Of a stretch of DNA of 64,000 nucleotides, positions 47,802-58,265 are shown piece by piece. This DNA is from Candidatus Foliamicus sp. (lineage in GTDB: Bacteria > Pseudomonadota > Gammaproteobacteria > Steroidobacterales > Foliamicaceae): contig OZ253475.1 of NCBI GenBank assembly GCA_965261845.1, positions 2,108,967-2,172,966 on the forward strand. Direction: 5' to 3'. The notes beneath the pieces were generated by a model that was not told the DNA's origin, made no database searches, and saw only the letters and a program-made list of their open reading frames with translations. Position 1 is the first letter of the stretch; every line of letters begins with the position of its first letter. The position numbers were made by a program, and so were the translations under genes.

Positions 47802-48950
47802 TCAGTCGACGCGCGCCAGGCTCAAGACAGCCCGCGCCGCCGCATCGCTGACGCCGCGCCCCAGCAACCCCGAAAGTCGCGCAAATTCATCGCGCATCGC
47901 CCGGCGCGCGCCGGCGTCGTCGTACAGGTCCAACAGGGCCGCACCGAGGAGCGCACCGCGGGCCCGGCCCTGCAGGAACTCGGGCGCCAACTCACGGCCG
48001 GCAAGTATGTTGGGCAAAGCCACCCAGGGTGTTTTCAGCAGGCGGAATACCCCTGCAATCCAGGCCGTAAGGGGGGCAACCCGGTACGCCACCACAAGCG
48101 GACAGCCACGCAGCATGGCCTCCATCGTAACCGTGCCGGAAGCGGCCAGCGCCAGATCGGCCTCTTGCAGCAAATCGCGGGCGTTTCCGTGGGTCCGGGC
48201 GACCTCAACTCCCGGCGCAAGGCGCTTGAGAATCTCGGAAAATTCCCTCCCGTGCCGGGGCGAGGCGGCAACCGTTGCGAAACGTGCGCCGGGCCGGCGG
48301 GCAGCCAGCCATGCCGCCGCCTCAGCGACCGGAGGGCCGATACGGGCGATCTCGGAGCCCCTTGAGCCCGGCAGCAGAGCAATCAGGAGGTCGCCGTCCC
48401 TGACATCGCCGGCGGGTTGTGCGGCATCAACCTGTTCGTCGGCCATCGGATGGCCTACAAACTCGGCTGCAATGCCCTTCTCGCGCAACAGGCCCGGTTC
48501 AAACGGCAGCAGGCACAACACATGGTCGCAGCAGCGCCGGATGCGCCGCGCCCGACCTGCACGCCAGGCCCATATGGAGGGGCATACGTATTGCACGGTG
48601 CGAACGCCCCGCCGCTTCATGCGGCCGGCCAAACCGAGGTTGAGCTCCGGCGAGTCCACCCCGATGAAAACGTCGGGGCGAAACTCGGCAAGCTGACTCA
48701 AGAGCCGGCGGCGAAGCAGCCACAACCTTGGCAGGTGGCGGACGATTTCGACCAGCCCCATGACCGCAAACTCCGATGCATCCAGCATTTGCCTGCAGCC
48801 CGCCGCGCGCATCTCCGGGCCGGCCACTCCGGCCGCTTCGATCTTGACCGGGCCGGCACGCAAGGAACGAATCAGTCCTGCGGCCAACCGGTCGCCGGAG
48901 GACTCGCCGGCGACTACCGCGATTCGGAGGGCCCGGTGGGGCGTCCTCAA
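47802..48950 (-). CDS. lpxB: Lipid-A-disaccharide synthase
   Basis: 'LRIAVVAGESSGDRLAAGLIRSL', 'FIGVDSPELNL', 'ASGTVTMEAML'. Confidence 0.9.
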   Translation of the reverse strand: MRTPHRALRIAVVAGESSGDRLAAGLIRSLRAGPVKIEAAGVAGPEMRAAGCRQMLDASEFAVMGLVEIVRHLPRLWLLRRRLLSQLAEFRPDVFIGVDSPELNLGLAGRMKRRGVRTVQYVCPSIWAWRAGRARRIRRCCDHVLCLLPFEPGLLREKGIAAEFVGHPMADEQVDAAQPAGDVRDGDLLIALLPGSRGSEIARIGPPVAEAAAWLAARRPGARFATVAASPRHGREFSEILKRLAPGVEVARTHGNARDLLQEADLALAASGTVTMEAMLRGCPLVVAYRVAPLTAWIAGVFRLLKTPWVALPNILAGRELAPEFLQGRARGALLGAALLDLYDDAGARRAMRDEFARLSGLLGRGVSDAAARAVLSLARVD

Positions 48951-49726
48951 CGCAAGAGGCCGCGCCCGGTTTCGGCGAGAAACTCGGCCATCAGCACCAG
49001 CTCGGGCTGCGTCCGCGCCGCCTCGGCGATGATCTCGGTTGCCTTGGCGCGGCTGAGCTCCATGCGGTACAGGGTTCGATACGCTCGTTCGATGCTGGCC
49101 CGCTGCTCGGCGCTGAAACCGTGGCGCCGCAAACCGATCACATTCACTCCACGCGGCTTCGGCGGCTGCCCGGCCACCAGCACGCAGGGCGGCACGTCGC
49201 GGGTAACGCCGGCGTATATCCCGACGAAACTGTAATCGCCGATCCGGCAGAACTGGTGCGCTCCGGAAAATCCGGCCATCGTCACGTGATTGCCTATGGA
49301 AACATGGCCCGCCACGCTGGCGAAGTTCGCCATAATCACTCCGTCGCCCAGGGTGCAGTCGTGCGCGATGTGTACGCTGGCCATCAGCCAGCAGTCGTTC
49401 CCCACCCGGGTAACGCCACCCCCTTCCTGGGTGCCGCGATTGATCGTGACGAACTCGCGAATCGTATTGTCGTCGCCGATCTCAAGGCCGCTAGCCTCGC
49501 CCGGGCGAAATTTCTTGTCCTGCGGATCTCGTCCTACGGCGGCATGGGGATGGATGACGTTTCTCTCGCCCATGCGAGTAGGCCCTTCCACCACGGCATG
49601 CGATCCGACCTTGCAGCCCGGGCCGATTTCCACCTCCGGGCCGATCACCGCGTATGGCCCGACTTCCACGTCCGGCGCCAACTCGGCCCGCGAAGAGACG
49701 ATCGCCGTAGGATGGACCGAGGTCAT
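48947..49726 (-). CDS. lpxA: Acyl-ACP--UDP-N-acetylglucosamine O-acyltransferase
   Basis: The ATG at 49726 gives '[29 protein letters not shown]'. Hexapeptide repeats are present. The ATGA overlap with the lpxD stop was read directly (tca 49723-49725, cat 49724-49726). Confidence 0.9.
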   Translation of the reverse strand: MTSVHPTAIVSSRAELAPDVEVGPYAVIGPEVEIGPGCKVGSHAVVEGPTRMGERNVIHPHAAVGRDPQDKKFRPGEASGLEIGDDNTIREFVTINRGTQEGGGVTRVGNDCWLMASVHIAHDCTLGDGVIMANFASVAGHVSIGNHVTMAGFSGAHQFCRIGDYSFVGIYAGVTRDVPPCVLVAGQPPKPRGVNVIGLRRHGFSAEQRASIERAYRTLYRMELSRAKATEIIAEAARTQPELVLMAEFLAETGRGLLR

Positions 49727-50766
49727 TCGCCGCGCTCCAGCCGCCGGACTCTCCGGTGCAGCTCGTCGAGATGGCGGAATCGCGCCGCATTCCGGCGCCA
49801 GCTTGAGACCTCTTCCATGGGGGTCATGGAGCCGGCGTAGGCGCCTGGTTTGCTGATGGAACGGGTAACCACGGTGCGAGCCAACAGTACCACGTCGTCG
49901 CAGATTTCCAGGTGCCCCGCCACGCCGACATGGCCGGCGATCCGACACCTGCGGCCGATCCTGGCGCTGCCGGCAATCATGCATCCGGCCGCCATCGCGG
50001 TGTGCTCGCCGATATGCACGTTGTGGCCGATCTGGATCAGGTTATCCAGGCGGACGCCTGAGGCGATTACGGTGTCGTCCAACGCTCCACGATCGATTAC
50101 GGTATTGGCGCCGATCTCCACATCGTCGCCGATGCGCACCGAGCCGAGTTGAGGAATCTTGCGCCAGCTTCCGTCCTTGTCAGGCGCCTGGCCGAAACCG
50201 TCGGAGCCGAGCACGGCGCCGGGATGCACCAGGCAGCGCCGCCCGATCCGAACCCGTTCGCAAACGGTGACGTTCGCCAACAGACGCGTGTCCGCGCCGA
50301 TGCAAGCCTTTGCGCCTACCGTAACATTGGCTCCGACCCGTACGCCACGCTCCAGCACGGCGCCCGCGGCCACCCGCGCGCCCGCCGCCACTTCGCAAGT
50401 CTCATCAAGGCTGGCCCCGGGCGCCACCGAGGCGTGGGGATGGACCCCCGGCTCCAGGGGCAGAAGCTGGTGCAGATCGTCGGCCACGCAGGCATAGACG
50501 CGATACGGATCTGCCGTGATCAGTGCCGGCACGGGACATTCACCGGAATCCCCTTCGCTCAAGATCACTGCACCGGCAGAGGTCGAACGCAGATCGCTCA
50601 AATAGGCCCGGTGAAGAAAGAACGCGATACTGGCCGAATCGGCCCGGGCCAGCGAAGCGGCGCGATGAACACGAGTGCCGGGCTTCCCGCGCAGGGCGCA
50701 ATCGTGACGCCGGGCCAGTTCGCTAAGGGTCAACCCCCGTTCGTGCTGCGAACGCCTTTCCATCAA
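49723..50766 (-). CDS. lpxD: UDP-3-O-acylglucosamine N-acyltransferase
   Basis: The N-terminal '[10 protein letters not shown]' region, an extensive hexapeptide-repeat core and the position after skp. Confidence 0.9.
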   Translation of the reverse strand: MMERRSQHERGLTLSELARRHDCALRGKPGTRVHRAASLARADSASIAFFLHRAYLSDLRSTSAGAVILSEGDSGECPVPALITADPYRVYACVADDLHQLLPLEPGVHPHASVAPGASLDETCEVAAGARVAAGAVLERGVRVGANVTVGAKACIGADTRLLANVTVCERVRIGRRCLVHPGAVLGSDGFGQAPDKDGSWRKIPQLGSVRIGDDVEIGANTVIDRGALDDTVIASGVRLDNLIQIGHNVHIGEHTAMAAGCMIAGSARIGRRCRIAGHVGVAGHLEICDDVVLLARTVVTRSISKPGAYAGSMTPMEEVSSWRRNAARFRHLDELHRRVRRLERGE

Positions 50767-50823
50767 GAGTGCGGCCGCACGCAGTCTGTTGCGTTTCCAC
50801 AGCCGCCGGCCACCGCCTGAGAA

Positions 50824-51357
50824 TCAGTCCTGCTGCTCGCTGCTGTAGGTTTCCTGCAAGGCGCCCAGGACCTGCGGGGTAATGTTGACGGCGTCGCTGA
50901 AATACACCACGCCGCCGGTCAGTACCAGGTCGTAGTCGTTATCTTCCGATACCTGCCTGACGTGGGACAGGAAAACGGCCCCCAGGTCACCGCGGCTGTT
51001 GTTCTGCTCCAACTGCGCGTCTTCCTCAAATGCCTGGCCCATTTGCTGAATTTCGCGGCGCATCGCCACTATTTGTCGTTCGGTGCTGCGCAACTGCTCG
51101 GTGCCCATGGTTTCCCTGTCTCGTTCGTAGTTTGTCTGCAGCTCCTCCAGTTCGGCCTGCTTGGCGCTGAGATCGCGCTGCCGGGAAGCAAACATTTCAC
51201 TGATCGCCTCCTGGGCCGCTCGTCCCTGGGGAGACTCCACGGTCAAAGCGTCCAGGTTGACGAAACCGATCTTCAAGACGGTTTCCTGGGCCATCAAGCC
51301 TCCGGCGGCGAACACGCCTACGGCGGCGGCCAACATTAATTTTTGTGCGATTTTCAT
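50824..51357 (-). CDS. skp: Periplasmic chaperone Skp (OmpH family)
   Basis: Signal peptide 'MKIAQKLMLAAAVGVFAAGGLMA', a Gln/Glu-rich coiled-coil body and the position between bamA and lpxD. Confidence 0.8.
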   Translation of the reverse strand: MKIAQKLMLAAAVGVFAAGGLMAQETVLKIGFVNLDALTVESPQGRAAQEAISEMFASRQRDLSAKQAELEELQTNYERDRETMGTEQLRSTERQIVAMRREIQQMGQAFEEDAQLEQNNSRGDLGAVFLSHVRQVSEDNDYDLVLTGGVVYFSDAVNITPQVLGALQETYSSEQQD

Positions 51358-51408
51358 AGCCTATAACAAGCCTCTTGTATCCAATGGGGTTGTGGAGGGG
51401 TCAAACAA

Positions 51409-53820
51409 TCAGAACGCACCGCCCAGCGAAAACTGGAAGCGCTCCACTTCGTCCCCCCAAAAACGGTCGGTCTCCGGATCGGCGTTAAGCGGCGCGGCAA
51501 AGCTGAATCTCAACAGACCCAGGGGCGCCAGCCACTCTGCACCTATTCCGACGGAACGCTTGATTTTACTTGTGTCAAAGTCGTAACTCAACGGATCGCC
51601 CATACGATCAAAGAATGTCAGGTCGGAAGTGGAGAACACATTGCCGAAATCAAGGAACGCCGCCAGGCGTGCGCCTTGCCGGAAACGCTCCGGCAGAGGC
51701 AGTATCAGCTCCACCTGGCCGGTAACCAGGAGATTGCCGCCGTAGGCATTGCCGAAGCGGTCCTTGGGACCCAGCCGGTATTCCTTGAATCCGCGCACCG
51801 ATTCCGGTCCGCCACCGTAATAGTGTTTGTACGGCGGCACCGCCGTGGTATCGCCAAGTTCCTTGGAATAGCCGACATCCGCGTTCAGGCGAAGGCTGAG
51901 CCAGCGGCTTAAGCCCGGCACCGGCAGGTAATGCGTGTACTGGTAGCGGGTGGTCGCGTACTCGACGTCGCTGCCGGGAACCGTGGCCGAGAGCGATAGC
52001 CGGTGGCGCATGCCGCGGGTCGGGAAAAGCACCCGATTGCGGCTGTCGTAGAGCCAGCCCATCAGCAATTCCAGGCTGTTGAACTTGGAGCCGTAGTACA
52101 ACTGCGGCTCTCCGGTGATCTGATTGGTGACCATGCGCTCGTAAGGTTTGCCGTTCACTTGCACCCACTGGCGGGACTGTTCATTGCTGAACTGGGTGGT
52201 GATCAGATCGGCCTGTTGCAAGGTCACGCCAAGGATCAGGCTCTGGAATTCGCTGATCGGATAGCTCAGTTCGGTAGAGGCCGAAGCGGTGGTGGTATCG
52301 AGGTCCGACCCTGCGCTGAAGAATTGACTGTAGTTCTGGTAGGTAAGCGATCCGGTAATGCTCACACCGTTCCTGGTTGCGTACGGATCGGTGTACGACA
52401 GGTTGTAGAGCCGCGAGTAACTGGTGCCGGTCAATCCAAGGGCGAGCCGATTACCCTTGCCGAACAGGTTGGTATGCACGGCGCTGCCGCTTAGTTGGAG
52501 CTTGTAATAGCCCGAGTAGCCCACCGAGCCCTGAAATTCGCCCGGCTGCCTTTCAGTCAGGCTGAACACTACGTCCACCTGGTCCTGCGAACCCGGCACC
52601 CGGAGCGTCTCAAAGTCCACTTCCTCGAGGTACGGCAGCCGCTGCAAACGGATCTTGGAGCGCTCCAGAAGATCGTTGGACAGATAGGCGCCCTCGAATT
52701 GGCGCAGCTCGCGGCGCAGCACCTCGTCCTCAACGGACGACGCGCCGTCGAAACTGATGCGGCGAACATAAACCCGGCGTTCGGCGCTGATCAACAGTGT
52801 GACGGCAACTTCGCCGGCTTCTTCATCAATCTCCGGGATCGGCGTGACCTCGGCGAACCCGTAGCCTTCCTGTCCCAGGCGCAGCCGGATCAGTTCACTG
52901 CTCTGGGTGATGAGCTGCTGCGAGAAGCGCATGCCGGGCTTGAGCAGCACGTAGAGGTTCAGCTCCGCCTCGTCCACCACGAAATCGCCGACCAGCTTCA
53001 CGTCGGATACCGTGTAGTTGCTGCCCTCGCGAATATTGACGGTGATGAATACGTCCTTCAGATCGGGCGACAAGGTCACCTGGGTGGATTCCAGGTCGAA
53101 ATCCGCGTAACCGCGATCCAGGTAGTAGGAGCGCAGTTTCTCCAGGTCGCCCTGCAGCGCTTCGCGCGAGTAGCGGTCGTCCTGGCGGATGAAAGACAGC
53201 CAGTTCGGTGTCTTCAGTTCAAAACCCTTCTTGAGTTCCTTGTCGGTGAACAGCTCATTGCCCACGACGTTGATCTGGCGAATCCGGGAGCGATCACCCT
53301 CGGTGATGTCGATCACCACGTCAACCTTGTTTTCGGGCAGCTCGGTAACGTCCACATTGACTTCGGCGCCGTATTTGCCGCGGCCGAAATAGAGATCCGT
53401 CAAAGACAGTTCGACCTCTTCCAGCACCGACGGCTTGACCAGACTGCCGCTTGAGATACCGTTGCCGGACAGGGTCTTGGTGAGATCCTCGGTCTTGACA
53501 TCCTTGTTGCCCTCGATCAGCAGAGTCTCGATCGTCGGCTGCTCCCGGACCGCCACCACTAAAGCGTCACCGTCACGCCGGAATTCAATATCGGCGAAGA
53601 AGCCCGACTCGTTCAGGCCGCGCAGCAATTGCCGGACCGAGCCCGCATCCAGCGTGTCGCCGATGTTCACCGGCAGATAGTTCAACACGGCGCCTTCGGA
53701 AATCCGCTGCAGGCCCTCGATACGAATGTCCCGCACTACGAAACCTTGTTCTTGAGCCGCGGCCTGGGTGCCGGGCAAAGCCAGCAGCAGCGCAGCCGCC
53801 AGGATCATTAGCTGCTTCAT
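51409..53820 (-). CDS. bamA: Outer membrane protein assembly factor BamA
   Basis: The ATG at 53820 gives 'MKQLMILAAALLLALPGTQAAAQEQGFVVRDIRIEGLQRISEG' (POTRA1). The C-terminal barrel ends 'FQFSLGGAF'. Confidence 0.92.
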   Translation of the reverse strand: MKQLMILAAALLLALPGTQAAAQEQGFVVRDIRIEGLQRISEGAVLNYLPVNIGDTLDAGSVRQLLRGLNESGFFADIEFRRDGDALVVAVREQPTIETLLIEGNKDVKTEDLTKTLSGNGISSGSLVKPSVLEEVELSLTDLYFGRGKYGAEVNVDVTELPENKVDVVIDITEGDRSRIRQINVVGNELFTDKELKKGFELKTPNWLSFIRQDDRYSREALQGDLEKLRSYYLDRGYADFDLESTQVTLSPDLKDVFITVNIREGSNYTVSDVKLVGDFVVDEAELNLYVLLKPGMRFSQQLITQSSELIRLRLGQEGYGFAEVTPIPEIDEEAGEVAVTLLISAERRVYVRRISFDGASSVEDEVLRRELRQFEGAYLSNDLLERSKIRLQRLPYLEEVDFETLRVPGSQDQVDVVFSLTERQPGEFQGSVGYSGYYKLQLSGSAVHTNLFGKGNRLALGLTGTSYSRLYNLSYTDPYATRNGVSITGSLTYQNYSQFFSAGSDLDTTTASASTELSYPISEFQSLILGVTLQQADLITTQFSNEQSRQWVQVNGKPYERMVTNQITGEPQLYYGSKFNSLELLMGWLYDSRNRVLFPTRGMRHRLSLSATVPGSDVEYATTRYQYTHYLPVPGLSRWLSLRLNADVGYSKELGDTTAVPPYKHYYGGGPESVRGFKEYRLGPKDRFGNAYGGNLLVTGQVELILPLPERFRQGARLAAFLDFGNVFSTSDLTFFDRMGDPLSYDFDTSKIKRSVGIGAEWLAPLGLLRFSFAAPLNADPETDRFWGDEVERFQFSLGGAF

Positions 53821-53824
53821 GGGC

Positions 53825-55216
53825 TCAGCCTCCGGTGCGGAAGAATCCGCTGATGTCGTTGAACAGGGCCACAACCATGATGGTCAACACCAGGGCCAGG
53901 CCGACCCGCTGCACCGCCAGTTGAGTCCGCTCGGCGATGGGCCGGCCTCGCAGTTGTTCGATAGTCTGGTTCACGATCTGTCCGCCATCAAGAATTGGAA
54001 TGGGCAACAGATTGAGAATTCCCAGGCTCACGCTTACCAGCGCCAGAAACGTCACAAACGCGACCGCGCTCACCTGCACCGCTTCTCCGGCGAAGCGGGC
54101 GATTCCCACTGGGCCGTTGAGGGTGCGCAGCGATACGTCCCCGGTAAACATGTTGCCGAGCACCCGGAATGTGAGGCCGGTTATGCGGCCGGTCTCCCTG
54201 GCACCCCGCACCAGGGCCTCCAGCGGCCCGAAACGTTGGGTCACACGCAGGTGAGAAGTCGCTTCGGGTGAAATCATGACGCCGACAAAACCCACGCCTA
54301 AAGGACCGGAAGCTTCTTGGGGCGGACTCTCCGGGCGGCTTCCGATTTCCACCAACAGGCGCTGCTCGATCCCGTCCCGAAGCACGGTCATCGGCACGCT
54401 CTCGCCCGGCCGGGCGCGAACGAAGTTGACCCATTGTGTCCAGGTGGATATCGCTTCTCCGCCGACTGCCAGAATCCGGTCGCCTTCAGCAAGGCCGGCC
54501 ATTTGGGCAGGCCCGCCCGGGACTATCTCGCCCAGGATGGGCAGTGCCGCAGTCATCGGCTCAATTCCGGTGGCGGCAAACAGATTGCCTTCCTCGAGTA
54601 TGGCCTTTTTCTGATCCGAAAGATCGAGGACCAGATCGCGGCGGGCGCCCTGATCGTCTTCCACCGTAACCCGCACCAAAGGCTCACCCAGAATTTGACC
54701 GACAATCGCCATCACGGCAGCCTGCCAGGTGGGAGACTCGCGGTCCTCAATCGCCACTATGCGGTCGCCTTCGCGCAGGCCGGCCTGTTCCGCTACGCTG
54801 CCGGGCGCAACGCCCCCAACCAAAGGTGCGAACGCCTGTGTGCCGACCATGAAGATCGCCCAGTACGCCACGATGGCAAACAGAAAGTTCATGCCGGGGC
54901 CGGCCGCAAGCACGAATATGCGTTGCCAGTAGGGACGGCGATTGAAGCTGCGATGCAACTCATCCTCGGCAACCGGGCCCTCGCGTTCGTCGAGCAGGCG
55001 CACGTACCCGCCGATGGGAAGCGCCCGCAACTGGTACTCGGTGGCATCGACTCCGGCCTTCCGGCGCCAGATGGCCGGCCCGAATCCGATCGAGAACTCC
55101 AGCACCCTCACGCCGGACATGCGGGCCGCTATGTAATGCCCCCATTCATGCACAGCCACCAGCAAACTGATTGCAAGCGCAAAGGCGCCAATGGCGATCA
55201 GGGTGTCAAGAATCAT
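53825..55216 (-). CDS. rseP: Regulated intramembrane zinc metalloprotease RseP
   Basis: The 'HEWGHYIAAR' HExxH motif lies in the first TM. There are two PDZ-like regions, and the C-terminal motif is 'NLLPIPILDGG'. Confidence 0.92.
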   Translation of the reverse strand: MILDTLIAIGAFALAISLLVAVHEWGHYIAARMSGVRVLEFSIGFGPAIWRRKAGVDATEYQLRALPIGGYVRLLDEREGPVAEDELHRSFNRRPYWQRIFVLAAGPGMNFLFAIVAYWAIFMVGTQAFAPLVGGVAPGSVAEQAGLREGDRIVAIEDRESPTWQAAVMAIVGQILGEPLVRVTVEDDQGARRDLVLDLSDQKKAILEEGNLFAATGIEPMTAALPILGEIVPGGPAQMAGLAEGDRILAVGGEAISTWTQWVNFVRARPGESVPMTVLRDGIEQRLLVEIGSRPESPPQEASGPLGVGFVGVMISPEATSHLRVTQRFGPLEALVRGARETGRITGLTFRVLGNMFTGDVSLRTLNGPVGIARFAGEAVQVSAVAFVTFLALVSVSLGILNLLPIPILDGGQIVNQTIEQLRGRPIAERTQLAVQRVGLALVLTIMVVALFNDISGFFRTGG

Positions 55217-55285
55217 CGTGAACCGGGGCTACTCTCTGCATCCGCTACGCTGGTTAGGACTTCTATGCTAGCAAAAACAGGCACT

Positions 55286-55390
55286 TTGGAGCGAGCGCAT
55301 TCCCCTGGCATCCTGCCCTCGACGGGTGCATCCCCTGGGAACGAGGGCATCCTGCCCTCGACGAGGGCGAGACGCCCTCGTTCCCAGGGG
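55286..55390. repeat. REP-like element, about two copies
   Basis: 'tttggagcgagcgcattcccctggcatcctgccctcgacgggtgcatcccctgggaacgagggcatcctgccctcgacgagggcgagacgccctcgttcccagggg', between cdsA and rseP. Confidence 0.85.
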
Positions 55391-55409
55391 AGAGGTTCTC
55401 GGCGGATTG

Positions 55410-56219
55410 CTAAAGAGGAAGCCATCCGAAAGGTTCGAATGCAATCAGCGCCAGCAAGGGCGCCGTGGCCAGGCTGCTGTCCATGCGATCGAGCACGCCG
55501 CCGTGGCCGGGCAGCATTCGACCGGTGTCCTTAAGCCCCGCACGCCGCTTGAACAGGCTTACGGTCAAATCTCCGAGCATCGATAAACCTCCTACCGCCA
55601 ACCCCGCCAATGTCCAGTACAGCGCCGACTGCTCCAGATAAAAAGATGCGCCAAGACCCGCGATGGTCGCCGTTGCCAGGCCTCCCCATGCGCCCTCGAC
55701 AGTCTTTCCGCTGCTGAGCACGGGCGCCAGTGGCCGCCGGCCCAGCAATTTGCCGATAACGAAAGCACCGGTGTCCGCGGCCCCGACCAGCAGCAACAAA
55801 ACCAGCAGCAGGTAGGCCTGGTCTGCCCGGATCAGAGCCAGCACCGCCAACCAGGCAGGCGCCAACCCCAGCAAACCGCATGCCGCAGCCGCCCCGTTAC
55901 CGATGGATGCGCCGGAATTGCGAAGAACGACCAGAGCCAGGCTCCACCAGGCCACGCCCAAGGCCATGACCGCGTAGGCGGTCAAATGCGGCGGCGGCAT
56001 CACCACCGGCAAGGCAAGCGCCAGGGCGAACAGGATGATTGCAACAGACCTCGGCAATGGTGAGGCGATTCCGGCCATTCGCAACCACTCCCGCCAACAG
56101 AGGATGAGTACCAGCCCAACCATGCTCAGTTTCAGGCTGTCCGGCGACAGGCTGACCAATGCGATTGCGCCCATCAGGGCGGCAGCGGTCAGCAGCCGGG
56201 TCGGCAGGAATTTGCTCAT
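55410..56219 (-). CDS. cdsA: Phosphatidate cytidylyltransferase
   Basis: 'GDLTVSLFKRRAGLKDTGRMLPGHGGVLDRMDS' signature, with a multi-TM profile. Confidence 0.9.
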   Translation of the reverse strand: MSKFLPTRLLTAAALMGAIALVSLSPDSLKLSMVGLVLILCWREWLRMAGIASPLPRSVAIILFALALALPVVMPPPHLTAYAVMALGVAWWSLALVVLRNSGASIGNGAAAACGLLGLAPAWLAVLALIRADQAYLLLVLLLLVGAADTGAFVIGKLLGRRPLAPVLSSGKTVEGAWGGLATATIAGLGASFYLEQSALYWTLAGLAVGGLSMLGDLTVSLFKRRAGLKDTGRMLPGHGGVLDRMDSSLATAPLLALIAFEPFGWLPL

Positions 56220-56914
56220 GCGGTCCCGAACCGCCTCTGCCGGGAGGCATAGTCACTCAGCGCCGCGTCAAGATCATCGGCGCCGAAGTCGGGCCACAGC
56301 ACCGGCGTGAAGTACAGTTCGGTATAGGCGAGGTGCCACAGAAGGAAATTGCTGATTCTGCGCTCGCCCCCGCTGCGAATCATGAGATCGGGCGGCGGCA
56401 ATCCGCCAAGCCCGGTGCGCCGGGCAAACATCTCTACCCCGATCCGCTGCGGATCCAGGTCCCCGCGCGCCGCCTCCACGGCCAGCTCCCGAGCCACGCC
56501 GGCAATTTCCTGCTGGCCCCCATAGGACAGGGCGATTACCAGTTGCATACGGTCATTATCCCGGGTGCCTTGCTCCGCCTTGTCCAGCGCTGACCTGATA
56601 GCGGGGGAAAAGAGGCTGCGGTCGCCGATACAGCGCAGCCGAATACCGTTGTCGTTCAGCAGCCCCATGTGACGCCGCAGCCGGTCGGTCAACAAGCTCA
56701 TCAGCTCGCTGACTTCGTTGCGGGGGCGGCTCCAGTTCTCGCTGCTCAGACCGAACAGTGTGAGCACGTGCAGGCCGCGCCGGGCGCAAAGCTCCACGAT
56801 GCTTCGGGCCGTTTCCACGCCCGCGCGATGCCCGTCTGAGCGCGGTTGGCCGCGCTGGGAGGCCCAGCGGCCGTTGCCGTCCATGATGATCGCCAAGTGC
56901 TGCAGAGACTCCAT
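56216..56914 (-). CDS. uppS: Isoprenyl transferase (undecaprenyl diphosphate synthase)
   Basis: 'HLAIIMDGNGRWA', 'LTLFGLSSENWSRP', 'DLMIRSGGERRISNFLLWHLAYTELYF'. Confidence 0.93.
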   Translation of the reverse strand: MESLQHLAIIMDGNGRWASQRGQPRSDGHRAGVETARSIVELCARRGLHVLTLFGLSSENWSRPRNEVSELMSLLTDRLRRHMGLLNDNGIRLRCIGDRSLFSPAIRSALDKAEQGTRDNDRMQLVIALSYGGQQEIAGVARELAVEAARGDLDPQRIGVEMFARRTGLGGLPPPDLMIRSGGERRISNFLLWHLAYTELYFTPVLWPDFGADDLDAALSDYASRQRRFGTA

Positions 56915-56944
56915 TGATTCTTAAAACAAGCAACACGCATTTGC

Positions 56945-57502
56945 CTAAATTGACATGATGTCCTGTTCTTTTTCCTGCAGCATCGCATCCATACTCGCGA
57001 TGTGCTTGTCGGTAAGCTTCTGGATCTCATCCGCCGCCCGCCGCTCCTCGTCCTCGGTTGCCATCTTTTCCTTTACCAGCTGCTTTGTATCGGCCAGCAC
57101 GTCGCGCCGGATGTTGCGCACCGCCACCCGTCCCATTTCCGTTTCGTGACGCGCTACGCGCACCAACTCGTGGCGGCGCTCTTCGGTCAGCTCGGGAATC
57201 GGCACCCGAATCACGGTCCCGGCAGTGACCGGGTTGAATCCCAGGCCGGACTCGCGGATAGCCTTTTCGATCGGCTGAACCATGTTTGCCTCCCACGGAG
57301 ACACCGCAAGCGTCCGGGAATCCTCTATCGTGATGCTGGCCACCTGGCGCAGCGGCGTGCCGGCGCCGTAATAGGGCGCCGACAGGTGATCGATCAGTCC
57401 TGCGTGGGCGCGTCCGGTCCGCAGGCGGGAGAGATTCGAGCGCAGGGCCGCGACGCTCTTGTCCATGCGTGTGATTGCGTCATCCTTAAGCTCGTCAATC
57501 AT
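56945..57502 (-). CDS. frr: Ribosome recycling factor
   Basis: 'LRSNLSRLRTGRAHAGLIDHL...YGAGTPLRQVASI...IRVPIPELTEERR'. Confidence 0.95.
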   Translation of the reverse strand: MIDELKDDAITRMDKSVAALRSNLSRLRTGRAHAGLIDHLSAPYYGAGTPLRQVASITIEDSRTLAVSPWEANMVQPIEKAIRESGLGFNPVTAGTVIRVPIPELTEERRHELVRVARHETEMGRVAVRNIRRDVLADTKQLVKEKMATEDEERRAADEIQKLTDKHIASMDAMLQEKEQDIMSI

Positions 57503-57536
57503 GTGCGTCCCCTTGCCGTTTCGGGCCGCCCCCCGG

Positions 57537-58265
57537 TTACTCCGCGGCGCTGGTTACCAGCGTGCCGACATTCTCACCGCGCACAATCCGCAAAAGAACA
57601 CCGGGCAGGCCGACATCATAAACGCGAATCGGCAGGTCGTTGTCGCGGCACATCACCGCCGCTGTGGAGTCCATGACACCCAGCCGGCCCCCGATCAGCT
57701 GGTCGTGCGATATACGCTCGTAGCGCGTGGCGTTCGGTTCCAGATTGGGGTCCGCGGAATAAACGCCGTCCACCTTGGTCCCCTTGATAAGAAGCTCGGC
57801 GCCGATTTCCACCGCGCGCAGGCTGGCGGCGGTATCCGTGGAAAGATAGGGATTCCCGGTGCCGGCGGCGAATATGCATACCCGCCCCTTCTCCAGGTGG
57901 CGCAGCGCGCGCCGCCGTATGTAGTCTTCGCACACCGCCCGCACCGCCATAGAGGACATCACCCGAACACCGGCTCCCAGGCGTTCAAGCGCATCCTGAA
58001 GCGCCAGGGCATTGATGACCGTGGCCAGCATCCCCATGTGATCTGCGGTAACGCGATCCATGCCGGCCCGGGCCAGCCCCTCACCGCGAAAAATATTGCC
58101 GCCGCCTACGACGACCGCGGTCTGCACTCCCAGGTTGGAAAGTTCCTGAACCTCGCCCGCGATGCGTGCAACCATCGACATGTCGATGCCGTGCGGCTGC
58201 CGGCCCATGAGGGCCTCGCCACTCAGCTTCAACAAAATACGGCGTAGCGTCGGGGCTACCCTCAC
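57537..58265 (-). CDS. pyrH: UMP kinase
   Basis: '[13 protein letters not shown]', '[11 protein letters not shown]', '[20 protein letters not shown]'. Confidence 0.95.
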   Translation of the reverse strand: MRVAPTLRRILLKLSGEALMGRQPHGIDMSMVARIAGEVQELSNLGVQTAVVVGGGNIFRGEGLARAGMDRVTADHMGMLATVINALALQDALERLGAGVRVMSSMAVRAVCEDYIRRRALRHLEKGRVCIFAAGTGNPYLSTDTAASLRAVEIGAELLIKGTKVDGVYSADPNLEPNATRYERISHDQLIGGRLGVMDSTAAVMCRDNDLPIRVYDVGLPGVLLRIVRGENVGTLVTSAAE

